Part shown: in pieces, positions 9,837 to 20,535 of the stretch
Layout of the letters: each line of letters opens with the position of its first letter
Numbering within the stretch: position 1 is the stretch's first letter
DNA from: a virus
Lineage: Duplodnaviria; Caudoviricetes
Reading direction: 5' to 3' (one strand)
IMG/VR virus record: IMGVR_UViG_3300011113_000415
Length of the DNA: 64,000 nt
Translations under genes and position numbers: made by a program
Notes under the pieces: model-generated
Told to the model about the DNA's origin: nothing
What the model saw: the letters and a program-made list of their open reading frames with translations, nothing else
Databases searched by the model: none

Positions 9837-11002
9837 AACTCAGTAGCATAGTCAAGTATAAAAATTTACTAGATACTCTCAGCAGTAGGCCTGCGGCTGC
9901 GGAGTTTCTAAAAGAAATTCAAAGCATGACAAACATAGTTGAGGCCAGCACTGTGTGTATTCCGGGTGCAGTAGAACAATTGATTCGGGCACATGATCAA
10001 ATATCACACGCCATAGACCAATTTCAAAATCAGTTTGAGCAGTTGAAACGGTCAGTGCAAGTTCTAATAGAACAACAAGAACCTGAATATTTTCAAAACA
10101 GCCTGGCTCTATACAACACTGGTTATCGCAATGATACACCCGAACACATTAGAAATCGACGTATTGGTATAGATCCTGTTACCACCGTAATAATTCAACA
10201 GCGACTCAAACTTTACACCAGTTGGCAGCATCCTGGCATGGTCATAAGACCTGCCCATGCTCGCTATGTAGAAGATCTTGTGGCTTGTGATCCTATGTAT
10301 TTTGTAGACACTAGCAATCAACTGTTGGAACTAACTGAATCATGGTTCACTCCTGAATATCAACGTCGACTACGTCGCTATGTGATTGAAGAGTATGGTG
10401 ATCAACCTGCATTTATCAATTTGCCCGGTGGACAATTTGGATTAATTTATGCTTTTCATTTTTTTGAGTACAGACCTTGGCCAGTGCTACAACAGTATCT
10501 TAGGGAATGTTTTGATCTACTAAGGCCAGGTGGGGTATTGGCGTTTACCTACAACAATTGTGATCTTGCTCGACGAGTGGGCATGGTTGAACATTACTCC
10601 GGCTGCTATACACCCGGACGATTGATTCGGGCCCACGCACAAGAATTAGGATATGAAACTGTATTTGATCTGGACGATGATTCCAACACCAGTTGGTTGG
10701 AACTGCGCCGTCCAGGGGAATATTCCAGCATAAGAGGAGCACAGGTTTTGGCAGCCATACATCAAAGACCGGCCGAATCAAGTGTTGCCAATGCTGTTGA
10801 CAAACTGCCAGACTCTATGTACAATGAAGTGAACGTATTGTTGAATATTGCTCAACGGTTGGGCGTTGATCTAAAACAATGTATTGCCAAAGGCAAATAT
10901 TCAACCAAAAAACTCAGACGCAGTATTGAACAAAGTATACATCCTCAACCCTTAACTGAGCAGATGATAACGGAACTATTTAACCAAAGGAAAAACACAT
11001 GA
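9833..11002 (+). CDS. Class I SAM-dependent methyltransferase-like protein
   Basis: LIYAFHFFEY...LRECFDLLRPGGVLAFTY. Confidence 0.55.
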   Translation: MKLSSIVKYKNLLDTLSSRPAAAEFLKEIQSMTNIVEASTVCIPGAVEQLIRAHDQISHAIDQFQNQFEQLKRSVQVLIEQQEPEYFQNSLALYNTGYRNDTPEHIRNRRIGIDPVTTVIIQQRLKLYTSWQHPGMVIRPAHARYVEDLVACDPMYFVDTSNQLLELTESWFTPEYQRRLRRYVIEEYGDQPAFINLPGGQFGLIYAFHFFEYRPWPVLQQYLRECFDLLRPGGVLAFTYNNCDLARRVGMVEHYSGCYTPGRLIRAHAQELGYETVFDLDDDSNTSWLELRRPGEYSSIRGAQVLAAIHQRPAESSVANAVDKLPDSMYNEVNVLLNIAQRLGVDLKQCIAKGKYSTKKLRRSIEQSIHPQPLTEQMITELFNQRKNT

Positions 11003-11721
11003 GAGACCATCTATTAGACCTAGTGCAACACACACACGATCTTGGCTGTATTGACTTGATCAAAATTGTAGGCGATGATGCCGCAACTGCAATCAACGGC
11101 TTAGCAGAAGACAAAAGTGTGGTAGTAGAAGCCAGATTCCACAATCCTGTGGCAGACTTCGCAGGCACTTTTGGCATGCCAAACTTGGCCAAACTCAAGA
11201 TCTTGTTGAACCTGCAAGAATATCGAGAAAATGCCAAAATAACATTGACTAAAAAATCTACTGGTGCTCCTGATGGCCTGAACTTTGAAAATGCCGACGG
11301 CGATTTCAAGAACAACTATAGATTTATGGCAGCCGAGATTGTGAATGAAAAACTCAAGACACTCAAGTTCAAAACACCCACATGGCATATTGAACTAGAA
11401 CCCACGGTGGCTGCCATTCAGCGCCTACGCATGCAGGCACAGGCCAATGCTGAAGAAATCAATTTCACCGCCAAGACTGAAAACGGAGACTTAAAGTTTT
11501 TCTTTGGAGATCATTCTACCCATGCTGGTAACTTTGTGTTCCAGGCCGGTGTAGCAGGTCAACTCAAACGTGCTTGGGCATGGCCAGTAGCACAGGTATT
11601 GAGCATCATGGGACTGGTCGGAGACAAGACCATGCGTATTTCGGATGACGGTGCCATGCAAATCACAGTAGATTCCGGCCTGGCTGTGTACAATTATATC
11701 CTTCCAGCACAAAGCAAGTGA
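10999..11721 (+). CDS. Putative sliding clamp (gp45/PCNA-like)
   Basis: 240 aa, near polymerase, C-terminal YILPA typical of clamp folds. Confidence 0.6.
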   Translation: MRDHLLDLVQHTHDLGCIDLIKIVGDDAATAINGLAEDKSVVVEARFHNPVADFAGTFGMPNLAKLKILLNLQEYRENAKITLTKKSTGAPDGLNFENADGDFKNNYRFMAAEIVNEKLKTLKFKTPTWHIELEPTVAAIQRLRMQAQANAEEINFTAKTENGDLKFFFGDHSTHAGNFVFQAGVAGQLKRAWAWPVAQVLSIMGLVGDKTMRISDDGAMQITVDSGLAVYNYILPAQSK

Positions 11722-12380
11722 TTGAACAACTGGCATCAAGAGGATACGGATATGGTTCAGGCTGCCTGAGTCCTGACCATACTCAATTCTTGGTGAATAT
11801 ACCAAAGAATGCCAGCAGTTACATGCTGGATTGGGCCAATCGCCACGGCTGGACCAGTGCTATGATTGTTCAGAGCAATGATATCAAAGAGATGATTGTT
11901 TGTATCAGAGATCCTGTTCAACGTTGGGTATCTGGTGTGGGACAGTATCTGACCAGTTATGTGCTGAACGTGACAGGTGCTTACAGTTGGGAAACAGGAC
12001 CAGGTGCTGACGATCAACAGATATCTGCTGATGATTTTATAACAGATTACAATCAAGTAGTAGAGCGATTGTTATTCGATAATCTTTCAAGACTGGATGA
12101 TCATGTTTGGCCTCAGATAGAATTTTTTGAAAATCTCTTGCCTGCAGTTCCAAGAAAGTTTTTCTACATAGATCATGACTTCGATCAGAGTATTGGCGAA
12201 TATCTTGGTTTCTCGCCAGCACACAATCTAGATCGTAATCGCGCAGAATCCAATCCCGACACACACAAAATTCAAACATTTATTCGTCATCGTCTAAATA
12301 CCAGACCCGAACTAGAGCAAAGAGTACGCAAGGCCTATGCTCATGACTATGAACTAATCAAACAAGTATTCAACCAATGA
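11718..12380 (+). CDS. Sulfotransferase-family protein
   Basis: PAPS-binding-like IPKNASS and RDPVQRWVS; HVWPQ. Confidence 0.65.
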   Translation: MIEQLASRGYGYGSGCLSPDHTQFLVNIPKNASSYMLDWANRHGWTSAMIVQSNDIKEMIVCIRDPVQRWVSGVGQYLTSYVLNVTGAYSWETGPGADDQQISADDFITDYNQVVERLLFDNLSRLDDHVWPQIEFFENLLPAVPRKFFYIDHDFDQSIGEYLGFSPAHNLDRNRAESNPDTHKIQTFIRHRLNTRPELEQRVRKAYAHDYELIKQVFNQ

Positions 12381-13954
12381 CCGAACAAGACAACCTAACT
12401 GCCAAACAACTAGACTATGCTGTGTTCTTACCAGCCATTTCTGGTTTCTATGCTACCTTTGTGGGCAAGCAACGTGACCCGGTCAATGGTCCTTATGTGG
12501 ATCCTGCACGTATGCCTGCTGGTATACAAGACATGGAGATGATGAACTGGTTAAACAGTCAGCAGGGTCTGTTTCCTTACCGATGGAGCCTGTATTCAGG
12601 TGGACATGCCAACCTAGACTTGATCAAACAAGACTGGTCGGAGGACATGGTTCGTAATCGCGAGCCTGGCACTGTGATGTTGGGCGACTCGGGCGGATTC
12701 CAGATTGCCAAAGGCCTGTGGGAAGGTGACTGGAAAGCCAATTCAGGTTGTGCCAAGGCACAAAAGAAACGTGAAGCAGTACTCACTTGGTTGGATTCAA
12801 TCAGCACATACGGCATGGGTCTTGATATTCCAACCTGGGTGATTCATGACAAGAAAGCATCAGATGCTTGTCAAATCAAAACACTAGACCAAGCAGTTGC
12901 AGCCACCAAATACAACAACGAATACTTTATCAAGCATCGTCGAGGCAAAGACAACGGTGGTGCCCGGTTCTTAAATGTGCTACAAGGTGACAATCATCCC
13001 AATGCAGATGCATGGTATGAACTAATGAAAGAATACTGTGACCCTGTGAAGTATCCCGGACGTCATTTCGATGGCTGGGGCATGGGTGGACAGAACATGT
13101 GCGATGTGCATTTGGTGCTTCGACGCTTGGTAGCACTACGTCATGACGGCTTGCTACAAGAAGGTCTACACGATTGGATGCACTTCTTGGGCACATCAAA
13201 GTTGGAATGGGCGGTGCTACTTACCGTGATCCAAAGGGCAGTTAGGAAATACGTTAATCCGAGTTTTACTATTTCCTTTGATTGTGCCAGCCCATTCCTC
13301 GCCACCGCCAACGGACAGGTGTATCATCACATTGACTTGCCACACAACGACAAATGGTGCTATCGTATGAGTCCCATTGTGGACGACAAGAAGTATGCCG
13401 CAGACACCCGCCCATATGGTCAGGCCGTGGTAGCAGATGGACTAATCAATCACTTTGATGAGTCACCAATCAGTCGGCACCTACAGATGAAAGATATCTG
13501 TATTTACAAACCAGGTGATCTAAACAAAATCGGCAAAGAAGGCAAGACTTCATGGGACAGTTTCAGTTATGCGCTACTGATGGGCCATAATGTTTGGACA
13601 CACTTGGAAGCGGTACAACGTGCCAACCGCACATATGATTCGGGCTCATGGCCGGCCATGATGTGGAATCAAGGCACCAAAGGTCGCACTGGAGATCATG
13701 CACACTTCCGGGACATTGTGGATGCCATCTTTGCCACACCCAATCGAGCAGAATCGGAAGCCATCATTGAACACTACAGTCGATATTGGATGGACATTGT
13801 AGGCACTCGTGGGTTCAAAGGCGACAAAACCATCAGTGCCAGACCACAGTTCAGTATGTTTTTCGAAGAAGTTGAGGTTGCAGAAACCACCGATGATAGT
13901 GTAGAATTAGACACATCAGCATTGGATCAACTGGAACAGGATCAAGAAAAATGA
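12377..13954 (+). CDS. dpdA: TGT-fold 7-deazaguanine transglycosylase (DpdA-like)
   Basis: TGT motifs GDSGGFQ, MGLDIP, NVLQG, GMGG, HFLG, SFDCAS; clustered with folE/queD/queE. Confidence 0.75.
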   Translation: MTEQDNLTAKQLDYAVFLPAISGFYATFVGKQRDPVNGPYVDPARMPAGIQDMEMMNWLNSQQGLFPYRWSLYSGGHANLDLIKQDWSEDMVRNREPGTVMLGDSGGFQIAKGLWEGDWKANSGCAKAQKKREAVLTWLDSISTYGMGLDIPTWVIHDKKASDACQIKTLDQAVAATKYNNEYFIKHRRGKDNGGARFLNVLQGDNHPNADAWYELMKEYCDPVKYPGRHFDGWGMGGQNMCDVHLVLRRLVALRHDGLLQEGLHDWMHFLGTSKLEWAVLLTVIQRAVRKYVNPSFTISFDCASPFLATANGQVYHHIDLPHNDKWCYRMSPIVDDKKYAADTRPYGQAVVADGLINHFDESPISRHLQMKDICIYKPGDLNKIGKEGKTSWDSFSYALLMGHNVWTHLEAVQRANRTYDSGSWPAMMWNQGTKGRTGDHAHFRDIVDAIFATPNRAESEAIIEHYSRYWMDIVGTRGFKGDKTISARPQFSMFFEEVEVAETTDDSVELDTSALDQLEQDQEK

Positions 13955-14478
13955 ATCGAGACGGACACAAGGATGCCAACTTTTTTGTTGGCACCGAAGT
14001 AGAACGCACACCTGCGTTTGGCAAGAAAACTTTGTTTGTTGTGGGATGGCAACCCATAGTTGAAATTGTTCGACTGCTGGCCGAAAACAATGCCTATATC
14101 GACAAGTCCAAACATATCCGACACATCTTCTTTGGTGCCAATCACAGTTTCCATCCCAACAATAGATTGGAATGGCAACGTTGGGAAAGCATGATAGAAC
14201 CGTTCCTGCAGGATGGATACTTGTGTAGTTTGGATATTCCCATCACGCATGTGGAAGAATTCAACGAAGGCCCACTTTGTGACTACAGAAACTTCGTTCC
14301 ACAGATTCGGGTAAGTATCCCGTATACAAAGTTGTGGAATTATAATACCATGTTGAAAATAGACGACAAAGACTTTGACGCTACCAATCCCGGCGTTTGG
14401 TGTCATAATCTACATGACTTGATGAGTCGTAATACATTTACATCTTGGGATGACTACCGAGAGGACTCTGTGATCTAA
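13951..14478 (+). CDS. Hypothetical protein coupled to dpdA
   Basis: 175 aa, ATGA overlap. Confidence 0.6.
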   Translation: MNRDGHKDANFFVGTEVERTPAFGKKTLFVVGWQPIVEIVRLLAENNAYIDKSKHIRHIFFGANHSFHPNNRLEWQRWESMIEPFLQDGYLCSLDIPITHVEEFNEGPLCDYRNFVPQIRVSIPYTKLWNYNTMLKIDDKDFDATNPGVWCHNLHDLMSRNTFTSWDDYREDSVI

Positions 14479-14888
14479 TGGCAACTTATCCTGCAATCAT
14501 GGGTGCCAAGGCCAGTTCCCAACGGCATAAGATGAACCAAATCTATGGCACTGTCAGTACGGCCACCACAGTTAAACCAGTAAGAAAACTCCCATATCAA
14601 TCACAAGGACTCAATATGTTTAAACGAATGATCAGAGGCTTGGTCACCTGGAGCATGAACGATCGTCATCAAGAAGATATCCAAATATCAGATCGTGAAG
14701 AAGTCAGACTCAGTGGCTCGGGCATTAGATTTGAAGTGTATCGTGCCAATGGCGGCACAGTGATCGAAACTCGTCGCAATGATCGCCGTACAGGTGACAG
14801 TGTGTATGAATTGCATGTGGTTGCTGGAGATCAAGACATTGGCGAAGAGATTGGCAAAATCATAACCATGGAGTCATTAAAAGCATGA
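14478..14888 (+). CDS. Hypothetical protein
   Basis: 136-aa ORF; true start uncertain. Confidence 0.5.
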   Translation: MATYPAIMGAKASSQRHKMNQIYGTVSTATTVKPVRKLPYQSQGLNMFKRMIRGLVTWSMNDRHQEDIQISDREEVRLSGSGIRFEVYRANGGTVIETRRNDRRTGDSVYELHVVAGDQDIGEEIGKIITMESLKA

Positions 14889-15337
14889 ACCAAAGAGCAC
14901 AAGCACTAACAGAACAGCGTGAACGAATCATGAGTCACGCAGAACGTAAAATCTGGGTCACATTCCGCAAAGAAGGAATACATTGCTATCCTGCTGCCGC
15001 AACTGATCCTGCCCTGGCCACAGGTGATGAATATGACGTGAGTTTTCTTGGAACCCCACATCGTCACATATTCCATTTCCGTGTTTGGATTGATGTGTTG
15101 CACAACGATCGTGACATTGAGTTTATTCAATTCAAACGCTGGTTAGAAAACTTGTACAAAGACGGCATCCTGCAACTGGATTACAAGAGTTGTGAAATGA
15201 TGGCCGATGACTTGTATGCAGAAATTTCAGCACGTTATCCAGATCGTGCTGTATGGATTGAGGTTGCCGAAGATGGTGAGAACGGTGCCTTGATCAAATA
15301 TGAACTTGCTCGCCCTAGTCTTTCAATCAAAATTTGA
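14885..15337 (+). CDS. dpdL: QueD-like T-fold protein, DpdL-like (putative CDG decarboxylase)
   Basis: LGTPHRHIF fits LxxxHRHxF; DRDIEFIQFKRWL and SCE motifs; distinct from the canonical queD at 21019. Confidence 0.6.
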   Translation: MNQRAQALTEQRERIMSHAERKIWVTFRKEGIHCYPAAATDPALATGDEYDVSFLGTPHRHIFHFRVWIDVLHNDRDIEFIQFKRWLENLYKDGILQLDYKSCEMMADDLYAEISARYPDRAVWIEVAEDGENGALIKYELARPSLSIKI

Positions 15338-15936
15338 TGCAGATCACTATTATTGCCTATCCGCCAAGCGGTGGGGGCAATCATCTCAAAAATTTATTGT
15401 GTCTTAGTGGTACATTTGCCAACAGCAATGATCTCAATTTGGAACCATATGAAACTGGCAATAGAGAAGTTCATAGTACCGGTGGACGAAACATGAACCA
15501 ATATCGAATTGCTGATGCATTGTCTAGTGCTGGAGATTTTATCTTGCATGGTCATTTTGGTGAACTTGCTCCTTATAGAGAAACAATCAACAACGTTCAG
15601 AACAAAAAATTTGTAATCATCAGTATAGATTCTTCTCATGACCAATATCTATTGCAAAGACGCCAGTCTAGACTAGGTCAACAAAGTCATCCTTATTACT
15701 TGCATGAAGAACAATATTTTTTGTACCAACCACAAATGTTCAGCACTTATTTTACTGGGCAAGAGTCCAAAATATTCTCTTTTCCGTTGACAGAATTATG
15801 GCATCCTGTTATAAATCATAGTACTACATGGGATAGTCTAAATAGTTTCCTTGGCATCACTATTGATCTAGCACAGGCACAACACCTGCACGATCAATGG
15901 CGTGCCAATAATCAAATGTCTACTTACTATTTTTAA
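15334..15936 (+). CDS. Sulfotransferase/P-loop-like hypothetical protein
   Basis: N-terminal AYPPSGGGNHLKNLL. Confidence 0.4.
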   Translation: MMQITIIAYPPSGGGNHLKNLLCLSGTFANSNDLNLEPYETGNREVHSTGGRNMNQYRIADALSSAGDFILHGHFGELAPYRETINNVQNKKFVIISIDSSHDQYLLQRRQSRLGQQSHPYYLHEEQYFLYQPQMFSTYFTGQESKIFSFPLTELWHPVINHSTTWDSLNSFLGITIDLAQAQHLHDQWRANNQMSTYYF

Positions 15937-15947
15937 AGGAAAATCCA

Positions 15948-16169
15948 ATGGCCAAGCCACAAATCAAACACAATCCTCGTACTCAACAAGTTTGGGAGGA
16001 TCTGGATCGCTATCGTGAGTTTGTACAAGACTATGGATATCGCTTCAACGAAGCGGACTTGTATAACTTCCGCAGTTATGCGTTCCAACAGTTCAACAAG
16101 TATGCTCAAGGCAAGACTGCCAAAAACATGTGGGACGAAGACGCCCGCCGTTTTGCATCGAGGTTCTAA
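15948..16169 (+). CDS. Hypothetical protein
   Basis: 73 aa, AAGGA RBS. Confidence 0.6.
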   Translation: MAKPQIKHNPRTQQVWEDLDRYREFVQDYGYRFNEADLYNFRSYAFQQFNKYAQGKTAKNMWDEDARRFASRF

Positions 16170-16172
16170 TCT

Positions 16173-16763
16173 ATGACCAAATGGCCACTGGTAAACCGCG
16201 CTAAAGATAATACCAGTTGGGTTGCTTTGGATAACATTTTTACAGATCAGGAACTTGATGACATTGTGGCTCAAGCCGATCAAGTGGAAAAAAAAATATC
16301 AAGTACTACTGGCAATAGATCAATTTCAGATTATCGTGTGTGTGATATTGCCTGGTTGGAATCTGATGAGATAGAATCAGATTTTGATTGGATATATGCC
16401 ACGCTGACAGATGTAATAAGCCGAGTCAATAATGAGTATTTTAGATTTGACTTGACGCATTTGAATGCGTTACAATACACAATATATGATGGAAACAATC
16501 ACAGCAACTATCAAAAACACATGGACCTAGGACGACAATTTCCCAATAGAAAATTGAGTTTTAGTGTGCAATTGTCTGACGATACTGAGTACACAGGAGG
16601 AGATTTGAGATTCCATTACGTCAAAAATCATCCTGAAGTCGCTCCAAGGCAAAAAGGTCAAGTGATCTTTTTTCCCAGTTGGCTAGTTCATGATGTCACT
16701 CCAGTCACACAAGGAACACGCCGCAGTTTGGTGGGTTGGGTTAATGGTCCAAATTTTAAGTAA
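16173..16763 (+). CDS. 2OG-Fe(II) oxygenase (PKHD/prolyl-hydroxylase-like)
   Basis: HMD...RKLSFSVQL...GGDL...HDVTPV...RRSLVGW. Confidence 0.9.
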   Translation: MTKWPLVNRAKDNTSWVALDNIFTDQELDDIVAQADQVEKKISSTTGNRSISDYRVCDIAWLESDEIESDFDWIYATLTDVISRVNNEYFRFDLTHLNALQYTIYDGNNHSNYQKHMDLGRQFPNRKLSFSVQLSDDTEYTGGDLRFHYVKNHPEVAPRQKGQVIFFPSWLVHDVTPVTQGTRRSLVGWVNGPNFK

Positions 16764-16775
16764 ACAAGGAAAGCA

Positions 16776-17957
16776 ATGAGAAAACTTTACTACATGGGTC
16801 TTGAAAGTTATCAAGGCCGATACACGCTACAACTAACAGAGTGGAACCGGCGAGTGTTTGACCGCAGAGGTCTTGACGTTGTGTATGTTCCTGGCACAAC
16901 TATTGACAACACACAGGCCATATCAGTTGGTCAAGTGTTGGACGCACATGGTCGCAGTTACTTTGGCATGAGCCAGATGATGAACTTGGTTCAACTTATG
17001 AAGAATGGAGAAGTTACCAATGAAGATGTTATCTACTTTGAAGACATGTTTCAACCTGGAATCGAGAGTCTACCCTATATTCTTGATCAAGTTCCTGGCG
17101 ATCAGCGTCCCCGCGTATATGTTAGGTGTCTTGCTCAGTCCATTGATCCTGATGATTTCGTACATGTATGGGGTATGGCGCGATGGATGGGACTCTACGA
17201 ACAAATGGTCAATGAGTTTGTGGACGGAGTTCTTGCCACAAACGAAGAGATGGTTGCTCATATGCGCATTGCTGGATGGCGTGCTCCTATATACAATATT
17301 AGTGGCCTAGCATTTGGCAAGGCAGAAGTGTTAGAACGCATTGGTGGTGCCGACAACATTCGACCATTCCATGAACGCCAATTGCGTGTGGGCTTTGCCG
17401 CCCGCTTTGATCAAGAGAAACAACCTGGCTTCTTTATGGACCTGGCTGAACAGTATCAGAAGACAGACCCTAGTGTGAAGTTTGCTATCTTTCAAGGTGG
17501 CCCATTGAGATCAAACAATGCTGAGTATGTTGCTCGTGCTAGACAATTGGCCAGTGCTGGCCTGTTGGAAATACATGAGAACTTGAACAAGAATGACTAC
17601 TATGCTCTCGTTAACGATACTCGTGTGTTGTTTAATTGTGCCCTTCAAGATTGGGTCAGCAACACAGTTTCCGAGGCTGACACTCTGGGCTGTAATGTAC
17701 TTTACCCTGCTTATCGTAGTTTCCCTGAAACCTTTGCCAATGATCCTGAGCGTCTTTATGTTCCTTGGAGCATGGAAGATGCAATGAACAAACTGGATCC
17801 ACTGTTGGTCACGCCACACACCCGCATGGGACGTATCAGCGACTGGAACAATGGTACTGTAGATAGAATCATTGACATTATCGAGGGCTCTGGCGAGCGG
17901 TGGAATCGTTCGGGCACGAGATATCGTGATCATGTGGCAGGAGCCAAATACCTATGA
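16776..17957 (+). CDS. Glycosyltransferase (GT-B/GT4-like)
   Basis: FAARFDQEKQP; WVSNTVSEADTLGCNVLYP. Confidence 0.75.
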   Translation: MRKLYYMGLESYQGRYTLQLTEWNRRVFDRRGLDVVYVPGTTIDNTQAISVGQVLDAHGRSYFGMSQMMNLVQLMKNGEVTNEDVIYFEDMFQPGIESLPYILDQVPGDQRPRVYVRCLAQSIDPDDFVHVWGMARWMGLYEQMVNEFVDGVLATNEEMVAHMRIAGWRAPIYNISGLAFGKAEVLERIGGADNIRPFHERQLRVGFAARFDQEKQPGFFMDLAEQYQKTDPSVKFAIFQGGPLRSNNAEYVARARQLASAGLLEIHENLNKNDYYALVNDTRVLFNCALQDWVSNTVSEADTLGCNVLYPAYRSFPETFANDPERLYVPWSMEDAMNKLDPLLVTPHTRMGRISDWNNGTVDRIIDIIEGSGERWNRSGTRYRDHVAGAKYL

Positions 17958-18901
17958 ACATCATAGTAACTGGATCAGCAGGCTACATTGGTGGCCAAAC
18001 TGCCTTGCTGTTGAAAGACGCAGGGCATACTGTGTATGGCATTGACCGTAGAGAGCCACCTCGACACTTGTTGGGAGTGGTTGACAAATTTTTGTTGCAA
18101 GACTTTGCATCTGACATTGCCTTGAGTTGGATCATTGCTAAACAACCAGATGCCATTGTCCACTGTGCCGGTACAAGTCTTGTGGGGCCTTCAATGCAAG
18201 ACCCAGCCGAGTACTACAACAACAATGTGGTCAAAACCCTAAAGTTGCTGGACATTGTACGCCGGAGTTTGCCTCGAACCAGAGTTGTATTCAGTTCCTC
18301 AGCGGCCACATATGGTGAGCCTGTGATGATTCCTTGCAGTGAAGTAGATCCCTGTGAGCCTGTATCACCATATGGTGAGAGCAAACTCATGATCGATCGG
18401 ATACTAGAATCATATCACCGAGCATATAGACTCGACTACGTGAGTTTCCGCTACTTCAATGCCTGCGGTGCAGATCCCCAAGGACGCCATGGACAAGAAC
18501 CAGGTGCCACACACATCATTGCTCGTGTGTTAGAAAGCATAAGAGATATAAAAGATTTTGTGTTAAACGGTAATGATTTTCCTACTATAGATGGAACATG
18601 CGTTCGTGATTATGTACACGTAGAGGACATTGCTCGGGCGCATGCCCTGGCCTTGTATCACAAGATTCCAGCAGGCATTTACAATCTTGGCAGTAACATG
18701 GGCACAACCAATCAACAAATTATTGAAGCCGCATTAGATGAAACACAACTACCGTTGAATGTTGTAGTAGGTGCTCGTCGTGTGGGAGATCCGCCTGTGC
18801 TGACTGCCAGCGCAGACAAGTTTAACATGGTGGCCGGTGCTTGGCGTCACTATGATTTGGATGCCATGATACAACACGCATGGTCTTGGTATGTTCGATA
18901 A
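17954..18901 (+). CDS. galE: UDP-glucose 4-epimerase-like NAD-dependent epimerase
   Basis: TGSAGYIG, FSSSAATYG, YGESK, RYFNACG, GTCVRDYVHV. Confidence 0.88.
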   Translation: MNIIVTGSAGYIGGQTALLLKDAGHTVYGIDRREPPRHLLGVVDKFLLQDFASDIALSWIIAKQPDAIVHCAGTSLVGPSMQDPAEYYNNNVVKTLKLLDIVRRSLPRTRVVFSSSAATYGEPVMIPCSEVDPCEPVSPYGESKLMIDRILESYHRAYRLDYVSFRYFNACGADPQGRHGQEPGATHIIARVLESIRDIKDFVLNGNDFPTIDGTCVRDYVHVEDIARAHALALYHKIPAGIYNLGSNMGTTNQQIIEAALDETQLPLNVVVGARRVGDPPVLTASADKFNMVAGAWRHYDLDAMIQHAWSWYVR

Positions 18902-19487
18902 AATTTTGAAATTTGAACATGCGCTGGCCGAGTTTACAGGAGCGCCTTATGCTGTGATGACTGATTGCTGTACACATGCCATTGAGTTGTGCCTGCGACA
19001 CGAGCGTGTGAGAGAATGCCAATTTACACCTTACACCTATTTGAGTATACCCATGCTCATGCTCAAATTGGGCATTGAGTTTCAGTATTTGGACCATGCT
19101 TGGCAACGCTGGGTAGGAGAATACCAATTTATCAATACCAGAATTTGGGACAGTGCAAGACGGTTAGAAAAGAACATGTATCGGCCCGGTGCCATGCAAT
19201 GCGTAAGTTTTGGACATGACAAGCCTTTACATATAGGCCGTGGTGGTGCTATAATACTAGATGACAAAACCGCCTATGATGCACTAATTTGTATGAGGTA
19301 TGATGGTCGTGATCTAAATATCCAACCTTGGCAAGAACAGCGAGAGTTTAGAGTTGGTTATCACTACAAGCCCACACCCGAAGAAGCAATTCAAGGGTTG
19401 GCATTGTTGGAAGGCCTTAAAGAACATTATGCTCCGCCCCGCGAAGTTTTGTATCCAGATTTAAGAACTATTACCATTAGGGAATAA
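18891..19487 (+). CDS. Short DegT/DnrJ/EryC1/StrS aminotransferase-like protein
   Basis: AVMTDCCTHAIEL; DSA; SFGHDKPLHIGRGG. Confidence 0.7.
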   Translation: MFDKILKFEHALAEFTGAPYAVMTDCCTHAIELCLRHERVRECQFTPYTYLSIPMLMLKLGIEFQYLDHAWQRWVGEYQFINTRIWDSARRLEKNMYRPGAMQCVSFGHDKPLHIGRGGAIILDDKTAYDALICMRYDGRDLNIQPWQEQREFRVGYHYKPTPEEAIQGLALLEGLKEHYAPPREVLYPDLRTITIRE

Positions 19488-19488
19488 C

Positions 19489-20235
19489 ATGACAGACAAA
19501 AAGCAAACAGCATTAGACGCCATGGCAGGAGATGGCGGGTATTCAGAAGGCTACCTAGGAGGTTACATTCGTGCTAGAATGAGACGAGAAGGTAAGCGTT
19601 TCTGGGCAGGAGACAACATCAGTGAATACATCAACGATCTTGAAAAAGAAGTGTTAATCGATGAAGCAACTGAAGCATTTGAACTGGTTCTAGATCGTTT
19701 GCTTATAGATCGTGAAACCGATCCTAACAGTAAAGGCACAGCCCGTCGCCTTGCTAAAATGTATTTTAACGAAATAATGGCAGGACGTTATGAAACACCA
19801 CCAGATGCAACATGTTTTCCAAATGATTCGGCGGACCGTTACGAAGGTATGCTGGTTGTTCGCAGTGAGTTGCGGAGTATGTGCAGTCATCATCACCAAC
19901 CCGTTACTGGTGTTGCTTATATTGGTATTTTGGCTGCTGGTAAACTCATTGGACTATCAAAGTACACAAGAATTGCACAATGGTGTGCCCGACGTGGCAC
20001 TCTCCAGGAGGAACTTTGTATTGACATTGCTCGGGAAATACAACGAGCCACCGACTCAGAAAACGTAGGCGTGTACATTCAGGCCACACATGGTTGCTGT
20101 GAGAATCGTGGCATCATGGCACACTCCAGTTTGACACAGACCACTGTGTTGCGAGGCTTGTTCAAAACCGATGCAGGTGTCAAAAAAGAGTTCATGGACA
20201 ATATCAAACTGCAACAAGACTTTGCTCCGAGATAA
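19489..20235 (+). CDS. folE: GTP cyclohydrolase I
   Basis: SMCSHHHQP, GLSKYTR, HGCCENRG. Confidence 0.95.
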   Translation: MTDKKQTALDAMAGDGGYSEGYLGGYIRARMRREGKRFWAGDNISEYINDLEKEVLIDEATEAFELVLDRLLIDRETDPNSKGTARRLAKMYFNEIMAGRYETPPDATCFPNDSADRYEGMLVVRSELRSMCSHHHQPVTGVAYIGILAAGKLIGLSKYTRIAQWCARRGTLQEELCIDIAREIQRATDSENVGVYIQATHGCCENRGIMAHSSLTQTTVLRGLFKTDAGVKKEFMDNIKLQQDFAPR

Positions 20236-20237
20236 CA

Positions 20238-20429
20238 ATGTTATTAGAAATTGCATGTATCGTAGCAGGATTTTTGGCAGGCATGACCTATGCTCAAGAA
20301 CGAGACTGGCAACGCTACTGCAGGACTCGTGAAGAAGTCAAAGACGAAGTCAGTAAGGAGTTTGACTATTACAAAAACCTTTCAGTCAGCCTAAAACAAG
20401 ATTTACATCAACTCAAAAATAAAAAATGA
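20238..20429 (+). CDS. Small hypothetical protein with N-terminal TM segment
   Basis: 63 aa. Confidence 0.5.
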   Translation: MLLEIACIVAGFLAGMTYAQERDWQRYCRTREEVKDEVSKEFDYYKNLSVSLKQDLHQLKNKK

Positions 20430-20535
20430 CTTGCATATCTAACCATGACGGCTCCATTCAACTGCCTGCGGAACCGGGTTTGTTGGAATGGTTGCAACAG
20501 CACTATCCTTATTCACAATATCATTTGATTGAATT

